From assembly GCF_003918875.1 (NCBI RefSeq), contig NW_025766636.1:558001-622000 (forward strand): a DNA stretch of 64,000 nucleotides, given 5' to 3'. Source of the stretch: Haliotis rubra. Lineage: Eukaryota. Positions 34,477-48,838 of the stretch are shown here, piece after piece (position 1 is the first letter of the stretch; every line of letters starts with the position of its first letter). The translations under genes and the position numbers were made by a program. The notes under the pieces were generated by a model, which saw nothing but the letters and a program-made list of their open reading frames with translations, was not told where the DNA came from and did not search any database.

Positions 34477-37400
34477 AACCCGGGTCTTCGGCAGCAACCA
34501 GCAGCAGCAAAGTAGTAGTAGTTTGAAAACGTTACAGGCTGGTTAGTAGTGGCTTTTTGAACGTTGTGATTATGGGTACTTTAACAGTAAATCAAATTTG
34601 CTAGGACTGCCAGTTTGGCAAGTCGTAGTCCCCCTTTAAGAGTACAGCCAACCGAGATTGCTGTAGTGTATTGTATATATTCCTTCTCATTAACGAGGAC
34701 GTAAAGAGGTCACAAGCTTCCTATAAATTCCAACCAAATACTCGTAATTGTGTAAACTTTCCTCGTTCCCGTTGTTTTGACAATTTGTTATTCAGTCACG
34801 TGTTCAGTTGAACTGCTCCTGGTATGCACGCGACCCGTGCTGTACATTAACACACAATAGGGGGAATCCGCATCCTCGTGACCTCAATTACGTATAATGC
34901 ACTGTATTCAAACCACGTGACCTAACTCAGATCACGGACGACGTGCAATAACCCGGCAATTGATTTTACCTTTGAAGTTCAATGTTTATTGAAAATAGAG
35001 AGTCTTAACCATGTTAACAACAAATCCGCAAATATGTCCTCCTATTGTTTCACAAACATAATGTTTGTACATGGATATGAACGTTTGTACGACGTTGGAC
35101 ATTCTTGAGTTTGACCATAACGCTATTGTATCCTTGTTGACAGAGTGACATGTTCAGATGCCTGGAGTGGGTTTAAATAGTTAGGGAATCGATACGAGCC
35201 ATAGCTGATGAGCCAGCCCGTTTTGTTTAATTAGGACGTATTAACTTGTCCTGTCCGATCAGCGTATGCGGACCGTGAGTAACTTGAGCCAGAGATCGTG
35301 AGAAAGACGCAACTCGACGACAGCGTTAGTCATATAGGTGTGTGAAAGGAGTTTAGATAGTTTTATAGGTTGGGCTGTTAATCTGCAGATACGACACCTG
35401 TAAAATTGTTTTATTATGTGAGTGAGATGTGTTTTACGCCGCGTCGTAAGAAATACTGCGCGTAAAGGTGAAAGACAAGCACCAAAGTTGTTTACCAACG
35501 CCCGAGGATGGCAATGTGATTCACAGGCCAGGGTCGATAATCGGATAAACGGGATTGGAACCCACGATCAGTGCATTCTGACATAAGGCTTGTGTAACGA
35601 CCGATTATGAAGTCTTTCGGGATTGATCGCAATAGAATGAAGATGAAATAGATAATCGAGGCTGGTGACATGACTAATGTCACACGTTGTGAGCATATAT
35701 TGAATGAATGAATGACAATGGAATGAATGAATAAATGAGTGAGTGAGTGAGTGAATTCTCATACTATACACACAATACAATGGGTTGTTTGTCTGGCGTG
35801 GTGACTTGGTTGGTTGGTGTGGCATCCTACCCCGACATCGTTCCTCAGGTCAATCACTGGTTTGTCTGGTCCAAAGTCGAATATCTACTAGCCGTGATCC
35901 AGTTAAAGTAGCGGAGTACATCGTTAGTAGAAACGCTAGGTTATCGTAGCTACTGTTGTAATCACGATTTCATCATCATCACAATAATTATCATCATCGT
36001 CGTTGTCGTCGTCGTCGTCGCTGTTGTACTAGTACTTCATAGACGACCATTCAGTTCAGATGAAGCCCGCACGTGTATATATCTAGAGATTACACAGCCG
36101 ATAGATGGCCGTGCAGAGTTGTACTGCGCCGTGAGATGAAAGCTGACCCCCCGTCATGCCACTGACCCATGTCACCTGATAGCTGGAGACATGGGCGTGT
36201 TGCTGCATGTCACCTGATAGCTGGAGACATGGGCGTGTTGCTGCATGTCACCCTGATAGCTGGAGACATGGGCGTGTTGCTGCATGTCACCTGATAGCTG
36301 GAGACATGGGCGTGTTGCTGCATGTCACCTGATAGCTGGAGACATGGGCGTGTTGCTGGAGACATGGGCGTCACCCTGATAGCTGTCACCTGATGAGACA
36401 TGGGCGTGTTGCACCTGATAGCTGGATGTCACCCGATAGCTGGAGACATGGGCGTGTTGCTGCATGTCACCTGATAGCTGGAGACATGGGCGTGTTGCTG
36501 CATGTCACCTGATAGCTGGAGACATGGGCGTGTTGCTGCATGTCACCTGATAGCTGCTGCATGTCACCCGATAGCTGGAGACATGGGCGTGTTGCTGCAT
36601 GTCACCCGATAGCTGGAGACATGGGCGTGTTGCTGCATGTCACCCGATAGCTGGAGACCGATAGCTGGAGACATGGGCGATAGCTGCATGGGCGTGTTGC
36701 TGCATGTCACCTGATAGCTGGAGACATGGGCGTGTTATGCTAGCTGGAGACATGTGCACACTGATAGCTGGAGACATGGGCGTGTTGCTGCATGTCACCT
36801 GATAGCTGGAGACATGGGCGTGTTGCTGCATGTCACCTGATAGCTGGAGACATGGGCGTGTTGCTGCATGTCACCTGATAGCTGGAGACATGGGCGTGTT
36901 GCTGCATCAGCCTGCATGTCACCTGATGATAGCAACAGCAGACTTGTGTGTGCAGTTATCAGATTTCAATGTATAGGGCGGGTACATTATTGAAGTTGTG
37001 TGGATATTGCATGGCTTGGATAGACAGACAGACAGGTTTATTAAAGTCTCACTGTAGTACATATAAAAAGATAACATTTCATATACATATACAGTATAAA
37101 TAAAATATGTTACCACCAGTCGTTCAGCGACTTATGAGAGACATCTTAAACATACTTGGATATTGCATCGAGTTGGTTAGGGCCTGTTTAAAATAACATT
37201 ACTCATGACTTAATTTTCAATATTCACTGGGCAGGGGGGGAGGATATGTTGTTGATCTTATTTATTATATATTTAGTAGGTTACCAATCCTATGCCGCCT
37301 GTACATCTTTGTGAATTTCAGTGAACAAGCTGTGAGCGTCTCTGTTGTGTAGGAAGGACTGGTATTTCAGTTCCATGATTCGTCTTACCCTGGAATGACC

Positions 37401-40400
37401 TTTCTGGTCTATATGATATTTCAGAAAAATAAATAGTAGTTACTGAGCCCTATATTTGGGGGCTTTAATACACAAACACAGAGGTAGGACTAAAGTGTAT
37501 GAGCACTGAATAAACCTGAATCTGCATACATGTGCGCTTCATCTTTTATCATCATAATTCATCTCCTGGGAGGCTGACCCGTGAAGATCCGGGTCAGAAT
37601 TGGTCTTCAGCTTGTCGTAAGAGGCGATTAACGGGTTCGGATTGTCAGGCTCGCTGACTTGGTTGACACATGTCATCGTATCCCAATTGCGTAGATCGAT
37701 GCTCATGTTGTTGTTCACTGGATTGCCTGGTCCAGACTCGATTATCTAGGGACCGCCGCCATAAAACTTGAATAGTGCGACGTTACACAACAAACAAACA
37801 AACAATCCTGGGGAGGTCACCATGAGTCAGCACGTTCCCGCCAGACCGCGACCCTGTTATAAACGCTTATGTAAGCCGTCAGTTTTAATCCAGAAACTTC
37901 AGAACAGTTTTTTCCAAACTCTTCTCGAAATCCATCACAGGTTCTTATCATGCCTCATCTCCTCACCCACGCCACGCCAACCCATCCATTTGTTAAGTTC
38001 AGAAAACCAGAAACCAAAAATGTCTCCAACTTGACATTCCAGATCCCTTTCCAGCTCCATCCACTCACGGAAACTTTCTGTTACAGATCACCACAACGCC
38101 GCCGGTGACGACCCAAAAGCCGGTGACGACGTACGTTGACGACGGCAGTGGGACAGTGAAGATTGCCGTCGGGGTAGGTGTACCCGTGTTCATCTGTCTG
38201 GTTGTCCTGTTGGGCTTGTATCTCTGGTACAGGAAGAAATATCCCGTGAGGATGATTATAGGCCGAGAGTTCGGCAAGTTCTACAATCCCGAATACGCTA
38301 CAAAGACCACGTCCACTCTTACGCTTGTCAGAGACGATGCTGAAGACTTCTTCCAGACTGCTTCGCGGCCTACGTCAAGCGTGAGTTTGGTGATGGACAA
38401 AAAATCCGGTCCTCATTATGAGAATGTGGCCTTTACAAACGACCATGATGGGGTGACGTCCCGCGAACTGGATGACTTGGAGCACCAGCCAGTGGACCAG
38501 GATGCTGAAGACAGGGAGTTGATGAAACGGAAGAGCTATTTGTTCAGTCACATGGATATATTCGACGGGGTTGAGGATAGCAGGAAGGAAGAGGATTCTT
38601 CCAGCGACTCAGATTCTGCGTCCCACAGCGATAAAAGTCAGACGTCCAGAAGGACTCAGGATGTTGTTGTTACCGTTGAACAAGAACAGGAACAGGAACA
38701 TGTTGCGGCTGAAAAGACAGAGTTTAATACTTCTCAGTCAGATGATTCTAGTACAGGTGGTTCACGGTTAAATAACAATTTTCCACTCAGGAAACTGTCT
38801 CTGTCGGCTTTGATGGAAAGATCTAGAGACAGACGAGCATTCACGAACGAGGAGCCGAAATCTAGACGTCTTTCCTATGATGCTAGCATGTCCGTAAGAG
38901 GTAGGTCACTATCGGCGAAAACGCCAGGCGAGGTGACCTTGGAGGCAGAGAAGCTTACTGCTTTACTGAATATGTCGAAAGGTAGCTGTTGGAGTCGCTC
39001 ACTTGCCGACGATGAGGAGGAACACGCGTCTGAGGCAGCTGACAACACACCTGGCCATACACGCGAAAAACTAAACAGATTAAGCGACAATGAGGAAAAT
39101 CAGGTTGAAAACCAGAATCTAGGAGCTATGGATGGTGACAGTGTTGACAATATGGAGGAGAGGAATGTTCTTCAGATGTGAAAATGTGTATGTTTCTCCC
39201 GAATCTACGGTGGTAACTACCGAAGAGGACAGACATGAACGGACAAACACAGATGGAGAGACTGATGACGTAGTAAATACTCAAAATGGTGTGTATGAAC
39301 ATATAATAGTGAAAGAGGGGCGATCTGGCGATGGGGGGTTGCTAGTGGGAGACGCACCGGTGGGAGGTTCAGACACTGAAGAGCGTATCACTGGACGTGA
39401 AGATGAATCGGGTGCAGATTCTCCTGGAAAGGAGGAAACGGATTCAATGACATCTGACACCAAGGATGCACAGCAATATCCAAGTGTTTCTGATTCCGAG
39501 AGGGATTCTGTTGTGAAGGATGAAATAGATTCAGTGACATCTCAGCCGAAGAATGATTCTGAGAAGGAATCTTTCATGAAGGATGATGAAGACTTAGTTG
39601 ATCCAAATGACACAGGTTATTCTGTTGCGCCTCCAGGACAAGTCTCTGGCCTAACTGAAGGAAGCAGCCAAGGGACGTCCGACATAATGTCAGGGAAGGG
39701 CATAGATTCATCAGACGAGGACGATCAGTTAGGGGTGGAGGTTAATGTGAAGACGGCATCGGGGACAGATCCAACTCCCTCGGAGTCTGTATTGTTTCGG
39801 GAGTTTGACGGAGCAGATGTAACAAATGAAGGTGTCTCTCATACTCATCCGGAATATGTAAGCGACAGTTCTGAATCTGATAAACCTTTTCCTTCATCCG
39901 CTGGTGTAGGTCATGCCAACAATGAGAAGGTCCAGCCATGCGCAGAAAGTGTGACGTTAGTGTCAAGTTCATTCCATGCTGGGGAGGAAAGTGATGTTGA
40001 TTATAGACCAGCGTCCAGCAGTTTGAAAGAAGGTGATTCAGAAGATGGCAGTGTTAGCGAGTCCTCGGCTTCTAGTGATGTTTCTGGGCGTTATGATTTT
40101 GGTAACCCCGTTCAGAAGTCAGACGATGAAGATGATGGGGGTGGAGGGGGAGGGAGGAAGTGGGGAGTGATAAGGACATCACTCATCAAACACACAGTCC
40201 TGATCCACCAGATGGTGTTGTAGTCTTCAAGCAACAGGAGGACGACGAGGATCGGTCAAGTGTTGTGTCTGGTTTCGAACCAAAGAAAGAAGCTGGAATA
40301 AATCTGGATACAAGTTCCATATCCTCCCTGGATCCGTCCCTGTTAGATACATCAGTAGAGTTGTCCAGTTCATCAACAGAGAGTCCTGTTCCCCAGAAGC

Positions 40401-40816
40401 GCATCTCACATCCCTCTACCTCATCCGACCAGCCCAAGAAGCTGTCGGCGCCAGTGTTTACTATCGGGGACGACGACGACGACTCCCACAGCGACACTTC
40501 AAGCGACTCCGAGGACGAGGACAAGCCCAGGGCCTCTATCAGCAGCATCATCAACTCCATCAACCCGATGCCGGGCATTGAGGAAGAGTCGGACAGCGAT
40601 GAGGGGCGGTCAAGATCTTACAACATCAGCGGTGTGGGTGATGACGAGGGTGAGTCTGAAGAGGAGGAGGATGGGCTGAAATTCACGGACGATGACCTGC
40701 TAGCTGAGCTGTCTGACGGCTCAAGTAAAGACGAAAGGAGTGATAGTTCACACAATGTCAAGGTCACGTCAGGCACGTTTGTTTTCGGGGACCCTGACGA
40801 TGATATTGATGTGTAG
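29889..40816 (+). CDS. CUB-Sushi-Sushi-CUB single-pass membrane protein (SEZ6/CSMD-like architecture) with a long acidic cytoplasmic tail
   Basis: Exon 29889-31133 (signal peptide, SPNYPHPYP CUB, CSPGFRLDG sushi), donor CCG|GTAAGT; in-frame acceptor at 38087; TM IAVGVGVPVFICLVVLLGLYLWY then RKK; FYNPEY; two frameshifts near 39170 and 40150; ends DIDV-stop. Extra exons in the N gap cannot be excluded. Confidence 0.8.
32148..32300. other. Assembly gap
   Basis: Run of N. Confidence 1.
34439..34476. repeat. (TAG)n microsatellite
   Basis: agtagtagt run. Confidence 0.95.
36168..36926. repeat. 38-bp minisatellite (~20 copies, partly scrambled)
   Basis: catgtcacctgatagctggagacatgggcgtgttgctg. Confidence 0.95.
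37577..37804 (+). mobile_element. SINE-like repeat, family B
   Basis: Matches 3124-3346; imperfect tcctggg(g)agg flanking duplication. Confidence 0.85.
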
Positions 40817-43093
40817 GAGTGTAGTCAGTTATGACACATGCGTGCAGTGTCCTATGATTAGTATTCTTCGTTTGTGGACAAGAGTGCAAGTTCGTTGGAC
40901 GTCTGTGGATATCACTTGCAACATGCCTTAAGGATGAAGGGAACAACATGGTACCAACTGGATGAAAGTGCCTTATTTAACACTGGTATGTTTTAATTTC
41001 ATGGGGGTGAATGAACGTACCATACTTGAGTGTGTTGTAGCTCCCAGTTCTGTATGTGGAACGCAACAGACATGAATGAACGTACCATAACGGAGTGTGT
41101 TATAGCTCTGAATCATCTGTGTAAAACAACACGAATGCATATAGCGGTAAGCACAGTCAGAAATCAACTAGTCACACAAATCAAAGTTCTATATTCCGAT
41201 CCTAGTAAACCTTGGAAGGAGACTGGAGATTTGTATAATTAGTTCTGATAAACATACCTGGCCCAAGGTTTTACAGTCTACAAAGCATCCGTCAATGTTG
41301 TATGTCCCATGAAAATAGTCTGTTTTGGCCCAACAACTGTCTGGCTCGTTTTGGATAAACTGAAAAGGATAAATACGATGTACTAAACAGTAGCACTGGA
41401 TAAAATGTTAATGTTTCAAATGTTCACTGAATAATAAGTACCCACTAAAATTCATGCTTCTCTTTAAATATGATCCCTTAGTTATTTCCATGAGTATATA
41501 ACATAATAACGAACATCTTATTGATCTACCGTATTGCCTCGTGCCAAATGTGTTAATCTAATGTGTGTTTCGTATAATCAGTACTTTTTCACTGACAAAA
41601 TATTAGTAGCTATTTTCACATGTGATATATTGCTTTAAAGGCGTTTCAGGTTGAGATGGAATCCTGTTATCGATAGTGTCATGTAAAAGATACGACACAC
41701 AGTTGGATATTTACAAACGTGATCAATATGTAGAACTGACACGCCCAGTGCTGTATGTACAGTATACCAGTCTAGTCTAGCTGTATGTGATTTATATGGA
41801 AGCTGTGTATGAAGTATTACCTATGTTATGAATAATTACAGAATAACCAACTAGCCACGATGAATTGCCATGAATCTGATCTGGGGAATATTAGCAAATA
41901 TTGACTTGAAAATTTGAAGTGATAGGTTATATTACGTCATTGTTGAAAACAAGACTATGTGGTGTCACTTTTGTTGATAACATCCAATAATATTGTTTTC
42001 AATGTGAAAGCACAACCCACAATGTTCATGCAGTTTGGCCATAGTTACTCTTTGAATTTCACGCTACAATGAACCTAACTAAATGAAAGCTAACTGATTG
42101 ATTAAATCTTTACTGAACAGAAAGCTGACTGTGAAGTTGCTTTGTAAAGTTGACGTTTCCTGCTTTTCTTCATTTTCTTTCTACGATGACAAAGGCAGAT
42201 ATATAGAATAATGTCAACTCGAGGGACAGATAATCCGTCATTTCCCTGTAGCTCGTTGGTTATTCTCCCATGAATCTTTGTGTGTAGAGTTACACATGTT
42301 AGGGGAGGTCTGTCTCAATATAGAGTTGAATCAGGTATATTATATTTTTATAAGGCGACGACAAAGTAGTGAGGAAGTGTCCTAAAGGTAGTCATTGAGT
42401 CATTCCAAGCGCTGTTAAATGTCAAAACGAGGCTTACAATCAGGGTTATATGGCGTGGCGGGTTACCAAGTTTTGGTCTGGGATGACAGATTCAATCAAG
42501 AATTGAAGTATGGAGGTCATGTGTTGTTTTGAGCCTTTGGTATCGTTCAATTGCTTCCTTTAGTTCCCAATCTGCCAAAATACATCCAGATATCTGTCAA
42601 AGCATCGGAAATTGGACAAAGAAATGTCGGAATTGAATATACCCAGCTCAGGAGTGGCCGAGTGGTGAATGTGCCCCTGTACCCCTGTACATTGCTTATT
42701 GAAGCCCTAATGCCGCTGGTGAGGGGCCCAGAGAGTCCAAAGTTTATCCATGTGTTGTCAGCATCTTGTTGGTTTCATCAAGTGGTAAACTTCTACTTTC
42801 ACATGCTGACAACTTAAATAATGTTCAAAGTTATACCAAACTCTCTCGTATATTATAAGTGTTCAAAGCGACCTTGAAGTATACTCATTCACTACTGTAT
42901 ACGCTAAAAGCGGCGTAAAACCCAACCCACTCACTTAATTAACATCTATTACTAATGGAGCATTGAACCTAAGCCGTTACCCACCTCACCAACTCCTGAA
43001 CTCCTGGAGTAGCTTCTCAAGTTTCATGAGCTGTGTAGGTGGGGAAAAAATCATAATTCATATCGTGTGTGTCACATGATCCTTTCCTGTCGA

Positions 43094-43230
43094 GGGGCGG
43101 TGGGGTAGCCTCGTGGTTGAAACGTTTGCTCGTCACGTCGAAGACCTGGGTTCGATTCCCTACATGGGTACAATGAGTGAAGCCCATTTCTAGTGTACCC
43201 CGCCGGCGTAAAACCATACTCACTCACCCC
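43094..43230 (+). mobile_element. tRNA-derived SINE, family A (internally deleted)
   Basis: GGGGCGGTGGGGTAGCC..GGTTCGATTCC..GGCGTAAAAC; flanking tttcct(g/a)tcgag duplication. Confidence 0.85.
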
Positions 43231-46200
43231 ACTTTCCTATCGAGCCTTCATTGATTGCGACAAGACTGCAATGAAACATTTTACGTACGCATCACACACT
43301 TTGTCGTTTCCTGTAACTAGATGTGTTTGTGTGTTGGTTGGTTAACGGCCCCTTCCAACAATATCACGGCAGACTAAATTGGCTGCCAGCTAAACCACCG
43401 AGCCGCTGATAGCTGCCTTCAACAAAAGTAAACATGGTGATCATTCTTACGGAGAATCTCCACCTACACAAATGAGTCAAGAACAAGGTCTTTATTATCT
43501 GCCAAAATCCCTGATCACAATGTATTATTGGTCGCAACAACTGTCTACACAAATATATGATGAGAATTATTTTCCTTATTTGTTCATGTAGAGATAAATG
43601 TAAATTGGCCACATGCTTGTACATCTGATCCTAACACTATTCAGTCATATTTTACCACTTGTCCAATATGTTACTTCAAAAGATGTTATTTTTTACCCTC
43701 AGGATTATATATTATACAAATCGTGCATAATCGTACCCAACTGTGCCTTCACAATCATATAGCTTTCGAGATATCCCACGTGTAAAACATTATTTGCATG
43801 TTTGTTAGCGGCGTGTGTGTATACACATGTTTACTGTGCAGATATATGTGATATACCGTTCGTCATACACGTATACATAAGCAATAGTTTTAATATCAAC
43901 ATATACACGTTGGTTGAATATTATTGAAATTTTGTTTATCCTTACTTAACAGAAAAGACGAAAGGTTACGAATAGGAAATCAGGGGCCTACTTGTTCAAC
44001 CGTCTATCTTTGTATAGGCCGCGTGTCACTTACTGACTTGTATATATAATTAGGTATGTGTGTTTATTATGTTTTCTGTATATATGTTTCAGTTGTTTTG
44101 AAATAGAAACAGCTGAGAATATCTCTTCATAATATTTTCAAATAATTGTTATTTTACGAGTGCATTATAATAGTGCTTAATCATACATGTCATTAATTCG
44201 TATATTACGTAAATTCACTTTTTGTCACACAGAGGAAGATTGGTAAAGCGTTCGCTGTTCAAATCAACCACCCGGGTTCGATTCCCAGTACGACTGTATT
44301 GGATGAACTGTCACTGTCACGTGACTACCACACTCACTCACATAGCCGCATCCGTTTCTTTAGAACATTTGTCACACATAATTAACATTATCACCGTCAA
44401 TTACCGTCCGTCTGGCAGAATTTACCGTTTACCTGTGTGGCGTTTATCACAGAAGATTAACCATATCATCCAAAGGACATTTTGCTAGACTACTGTCTAA
44501 AATCCACGTATTTCAAAGTTAAGAACGATCATCTTTTTACAAGTACCTGCCTCGATTGGCTGAAAATTTGGTTCTTCGGCTAAAATATTCTCTCACTGAT
44601 ACCTGTTATGTTGATATTTATGCATTGTATTCATTATTTATTTCTATTAGAGATATAACACGCTGAATTATTGAGGAGCTGTTGTTCTAGAGACACAGTA
44701 TTAGAACGGTATGAGAACACTTTGCACCATGTGTATATCATTGTAAGTACATTTGTACTTAGGTCATCTCCAGCGACAATCACCCAGCACACGAGACTAT
44801 TGTGAAACCTAATATCCAGTATTTTATTCTGCATGACTTTCCCAAGAATTATTCGTAGTAGCAATGTTTATAGCCGCTTAGTCGGTTGTAATGAAAATGT
44901 ATTTCCCGTTCCTTTGTCAAATTTAAATACTCACATATTCATGAACAAGTGCCAAATGTATTGACAGCAATGTCTCAAGATTCAGAGTCCCAATAAACTC
45001 ATACCATGAACTTCTTGTGTTTTTGTGTCCTACTGTTCTCTGTTATATAATCACGTTATATCATAGTGCTCTACAGAAATGATATAACTGAGTGCGCTAG
45101 AAGCACTTCCACGAAACTCTTTCCAGATATGTTACGTTACATTCCGTACATTATTGAAGATACATGCTGATGAAAGTGTCGTAAAATCAGTGCGACACAC
45201 AAAGAAATGGCATTAATATCTTCGTGTGCGTATCTGCACCAAAAAACTCGCATGTCAGCCTTAGCCCCTGTTAATAAATAAGTGTTTCATAAATATTACA
45301 TAATGCTAGTACACATTACGCAAAATATCGTGTTCGAATGATATCAAGGAGGGCGTGATAAATTACAATTCTGGTCATTCTCCCATGAACTCGGAAAATG
45401 CTAAATTCTGGCTGGACAATCAGAAGTTTCAATCCACAGTAATGATGAAACATTTGATTCGATTAGATTTACGTTTCCTAAGCAACAATACAGTACATTC
45501 AGCACGCCTCACACACGAATTTAATAATCTCCATATTTTACGAGGTGTTTGAGCTGATATTTTCAAGAGGAAAACTATGCTGTAAAAGAAAACAGTCCAC
45601 AGGTACAACGTCAGCAATGATGACCCGTGACATCACAATGCATTACGTCAACACAATGTCTGTTTATTGAAAGGGATGTCTATTACACCAAAACAATGCA
45701 TAACTCGTTAAAACCATGTGTTCTTCACGTGGATTCGTATAAACCCTATAATTAACCGTTTGGATAATAAAGGGATATCACACACCAAGTCCCCGACAAC
45801 CTGCAAACTATGTGCGACATTGCACATGACGGAGTCATTCGTTAAAAATTGTAATAATTCGTATTCAGATAAATGTTTTATTGAGTCATATATTAACTCA
45901 AAAAGAAACATGATTTAAACTTTAAGCAGTACAAATTATTTGTTTAAAAGCGTAATATGATTTATACGCTATATAATTTTATTAATAAAGACAGATACCC
46001 CATAGATCTACTTCTGAATATTATGCGAGAGAGGGAGTTTGAAACACTGAGCACATTGGAATCCAGATAAGATCAAGCAAAACGCCTTTGTCTAACGATA
46101 TGCATAGTTTTTATAACTATCACGCGCATTTAAATTCATGGATATTCATCAGAACCCGATGCCATACGATAGTTTCTCACCATATGATATCTTATGATGA

Positions 46201-47649
46201 AGCCATCTGGGGTGAGCCTCTTCGAGTGCCCTTATTCCAGAACGAGGCTTAGAATCTGTCATGGCTGACCGGGTTGTAAACAAAGTACAGTGAGAAGTGA
46301 TTGAGAACTGCAAGGGCGGGCATCCATAGACTGACCACGGATATTGTTAATCAAGAGGCTGGCGGCTCCAATGAGGAAAGACGGGGATAGTCAGCCTCCA
46401 GGCAAGTACTGTCACTGGCCAGTTTGTTCAAGAAATGTAATTCTGTTATCTGTAGATCGTCATGCCAGCACTGATCGCCCTCATAGAGCAGCTAGTGTGC
46501 TCGTGGCTGCCAGTGTTACATGACAACTTTAATAAGTAGAGACACGCGATTCGACCTACTCATATATTCACCAAGATGCATCAATACGGCCCTTTTTAAA
46601 ATTAAAAACTAGTTGTATACCGATAATAAAACAATCCGTTTGATTTGAAGAAAATATTGTCAGAAATGATTGAGAAATACTTTCAGTATTTATAGGTGAT
46701 TAAGTGAGATATGGATCTCCTTTCATTGGAGATCATATACAAAGTCACTGGAAGTATCTCACCATCAAATGTTCATCTCGTTATTTAGGAATTTGATTTG
46801 ATACAAGTATTGAGCCAATGATCAGTTACGATTGATCAAAAGCCTCAGTTAAAGCATCTATTGATGGCGAGGCATTGATTACAAGATCAATAATGTGTGT
46901 ACAGTTTATTCCCAAAATATTCAATCATTCCTCTTTATGTTAATATAACACATGCATCATCAATATAAATGAATTAAGTCATAAGAATACCTGTCATTAC
47001 CAGTCAATATCTGACACACTTTAGGGTGAAAACAGGCTTGGTACACATTCAGGGTTTTACGTTGTAATGTACTTAGTGTGGGGGTGTTCCTTACGCTAAG
47101 ACGCAACGACGGAGTTGGAAACAACCTTCATGTTTAAAATTGCTAACTCATACATTTATTACGTCATCATCCTTGTGCAGATGACGTGTAGATGACATAA
47201 TCAGAAATGGGGTAATCCCGATATGATGTACGTAGTGTTGGGTGTTACGACTTACTTATAGCAATACACTACATACGTGACTCGCAAATGTGCGTCCAGT
47301 ACGCACAAATGTAGAGAATGGACACTGAAAACAAATTCACTGCATCCACAGGGATGCACAATATTATTCATTGTACCCACAACACATCTGTGACTTTGCT
47401 GAGTGTTTGGTTGTTTCTTTCAGAGCAGTTACATGCATCATTTCATCCATCAGTCCACATGGTCAATGGTTCATTCCAGCTCTAAACAAATTATCAAAAT
47501 GTACAGTTCTCTACACTCTTACTTCAGAGGACCCTCTTATTGCCTGTAAGGGCCCTTAGAACAAATAATTGGGGTTCCCCCATGTTTGTGATGCCAGGTT
47601 AAGTCCTGCACCTTAAAATAGTTAAAATAGATAAAGAAGGACAAACTGT

Positions 47650-48177
47650 TATTTATTTATTTATTATTGGATATTTATATATCACGCATATCCATGCACT
47701 AGTGCATGCTCAAGGCGCTGGTATTTTTCCCCCTCTATCATTGGATGTCAATCTCAACGGCATATCTTATTATCAATCTCAACTCCCTAGGGATCATACA
47801 ACTCTTGCTGCCACAAGGTGCACTGAGTGATTGCGTCTTTCCCATCCTAACGAGGTACCCATTCACAGATCGGTGGATCGGGACACATAGTCACAGTACT
47901 TTGTCCAAGTTTACTGCATGTTACTGTACCCACAACTAGGTGTTTGCACGTATTCATGTGGCCACCATCTGGTCATCTACCAACGGATTCGTGGGTTCTT
48001 TGAAGTGTACAGGGTTGTGTACTGTACACTAGCAGTTGTGACAACACTGAAACACTGAGTCTGCACACAAAGTTGACTCCTAGGTTTTACACCCGGTCAC
48101 AGGTGGGCTCAATCCCGGCACCTCATGCCCTCTGGATCACTAGCCTGGCTCCTTAGCCAGCTCGCCCACCATGCCCC
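47650..48177 (-). mobile_element. tRNA-headed SINE with CR1/L2-like tail
   Basis: Minus head GGGGCATGGTGGGCGAGCTGGCTAAGG; tail GCGCCTTGAGCATG..(AATA)n. Confidence 0.6.
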
Positions 48178-48838
48178 ATTATCTCATGAAGCAGACCTTT
48201 CAATATGGGCCCATAACAAAGACAAACCATCCATAACTGAACCAATACCATATCCACTGACGTCATAAAACAGTATCCATTAATAGCATCAGCACTTTTT
48301 AAAACAGCAACGAAAAGAATTTTGCCTGAAGAGATTTTTCTGTGAATTTGTATGCATTTATGTGCAAATTAAGAAACACAATTTACCTGCCTACCTGAAT
48401 CTGAAGTGCCAGGTGAGGTAGGGATGGCGTCATTTACACCGTATCATTTTGAAGAATATCTTTTTATCTAGTACAATTTTACAGCATTGTCATGGCCAGT
48501 GTCACAAGGCATTATGAGAATGTTTAACTTAAAATTGTACCTTAATGTATATTGTTATAACCAATTATTTCTGATTGGCCCCACCCTGATGTTGCTGGAA
48601 TATTGCTAAAAGTGGCGTAAAATCATACTCACTCACGCACTATAGCCAATTACCAGAGCATAGCTTCCTAATTAATTATGCTAGCTGGATGCTACAATGT
48701 AGACATGGTGAAAGGTATAGGTTGATGATCAACTAGAAATACATTTTTAAATTATCTAATACATTACAACTGAAGAAATTATTCCATTTCTGATCTCCAT
48801 TTGTAAATTTAGTAATCCAGAGTAACTTTAATAATCGA

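Noticed and set aside
36168-36926. 38-bp array as another donor array (minus CAG|GTGACA)
   Set aside because: Donor-like motif is antisense to the host gene and no adjoining minus-strand exon was found
41000-47600. Short ORFs in the AT-rich region
   Set aside because: No motifs, no consistent splice-phase chain; likely 3' UTR/intergenic DNA with decayed repeats
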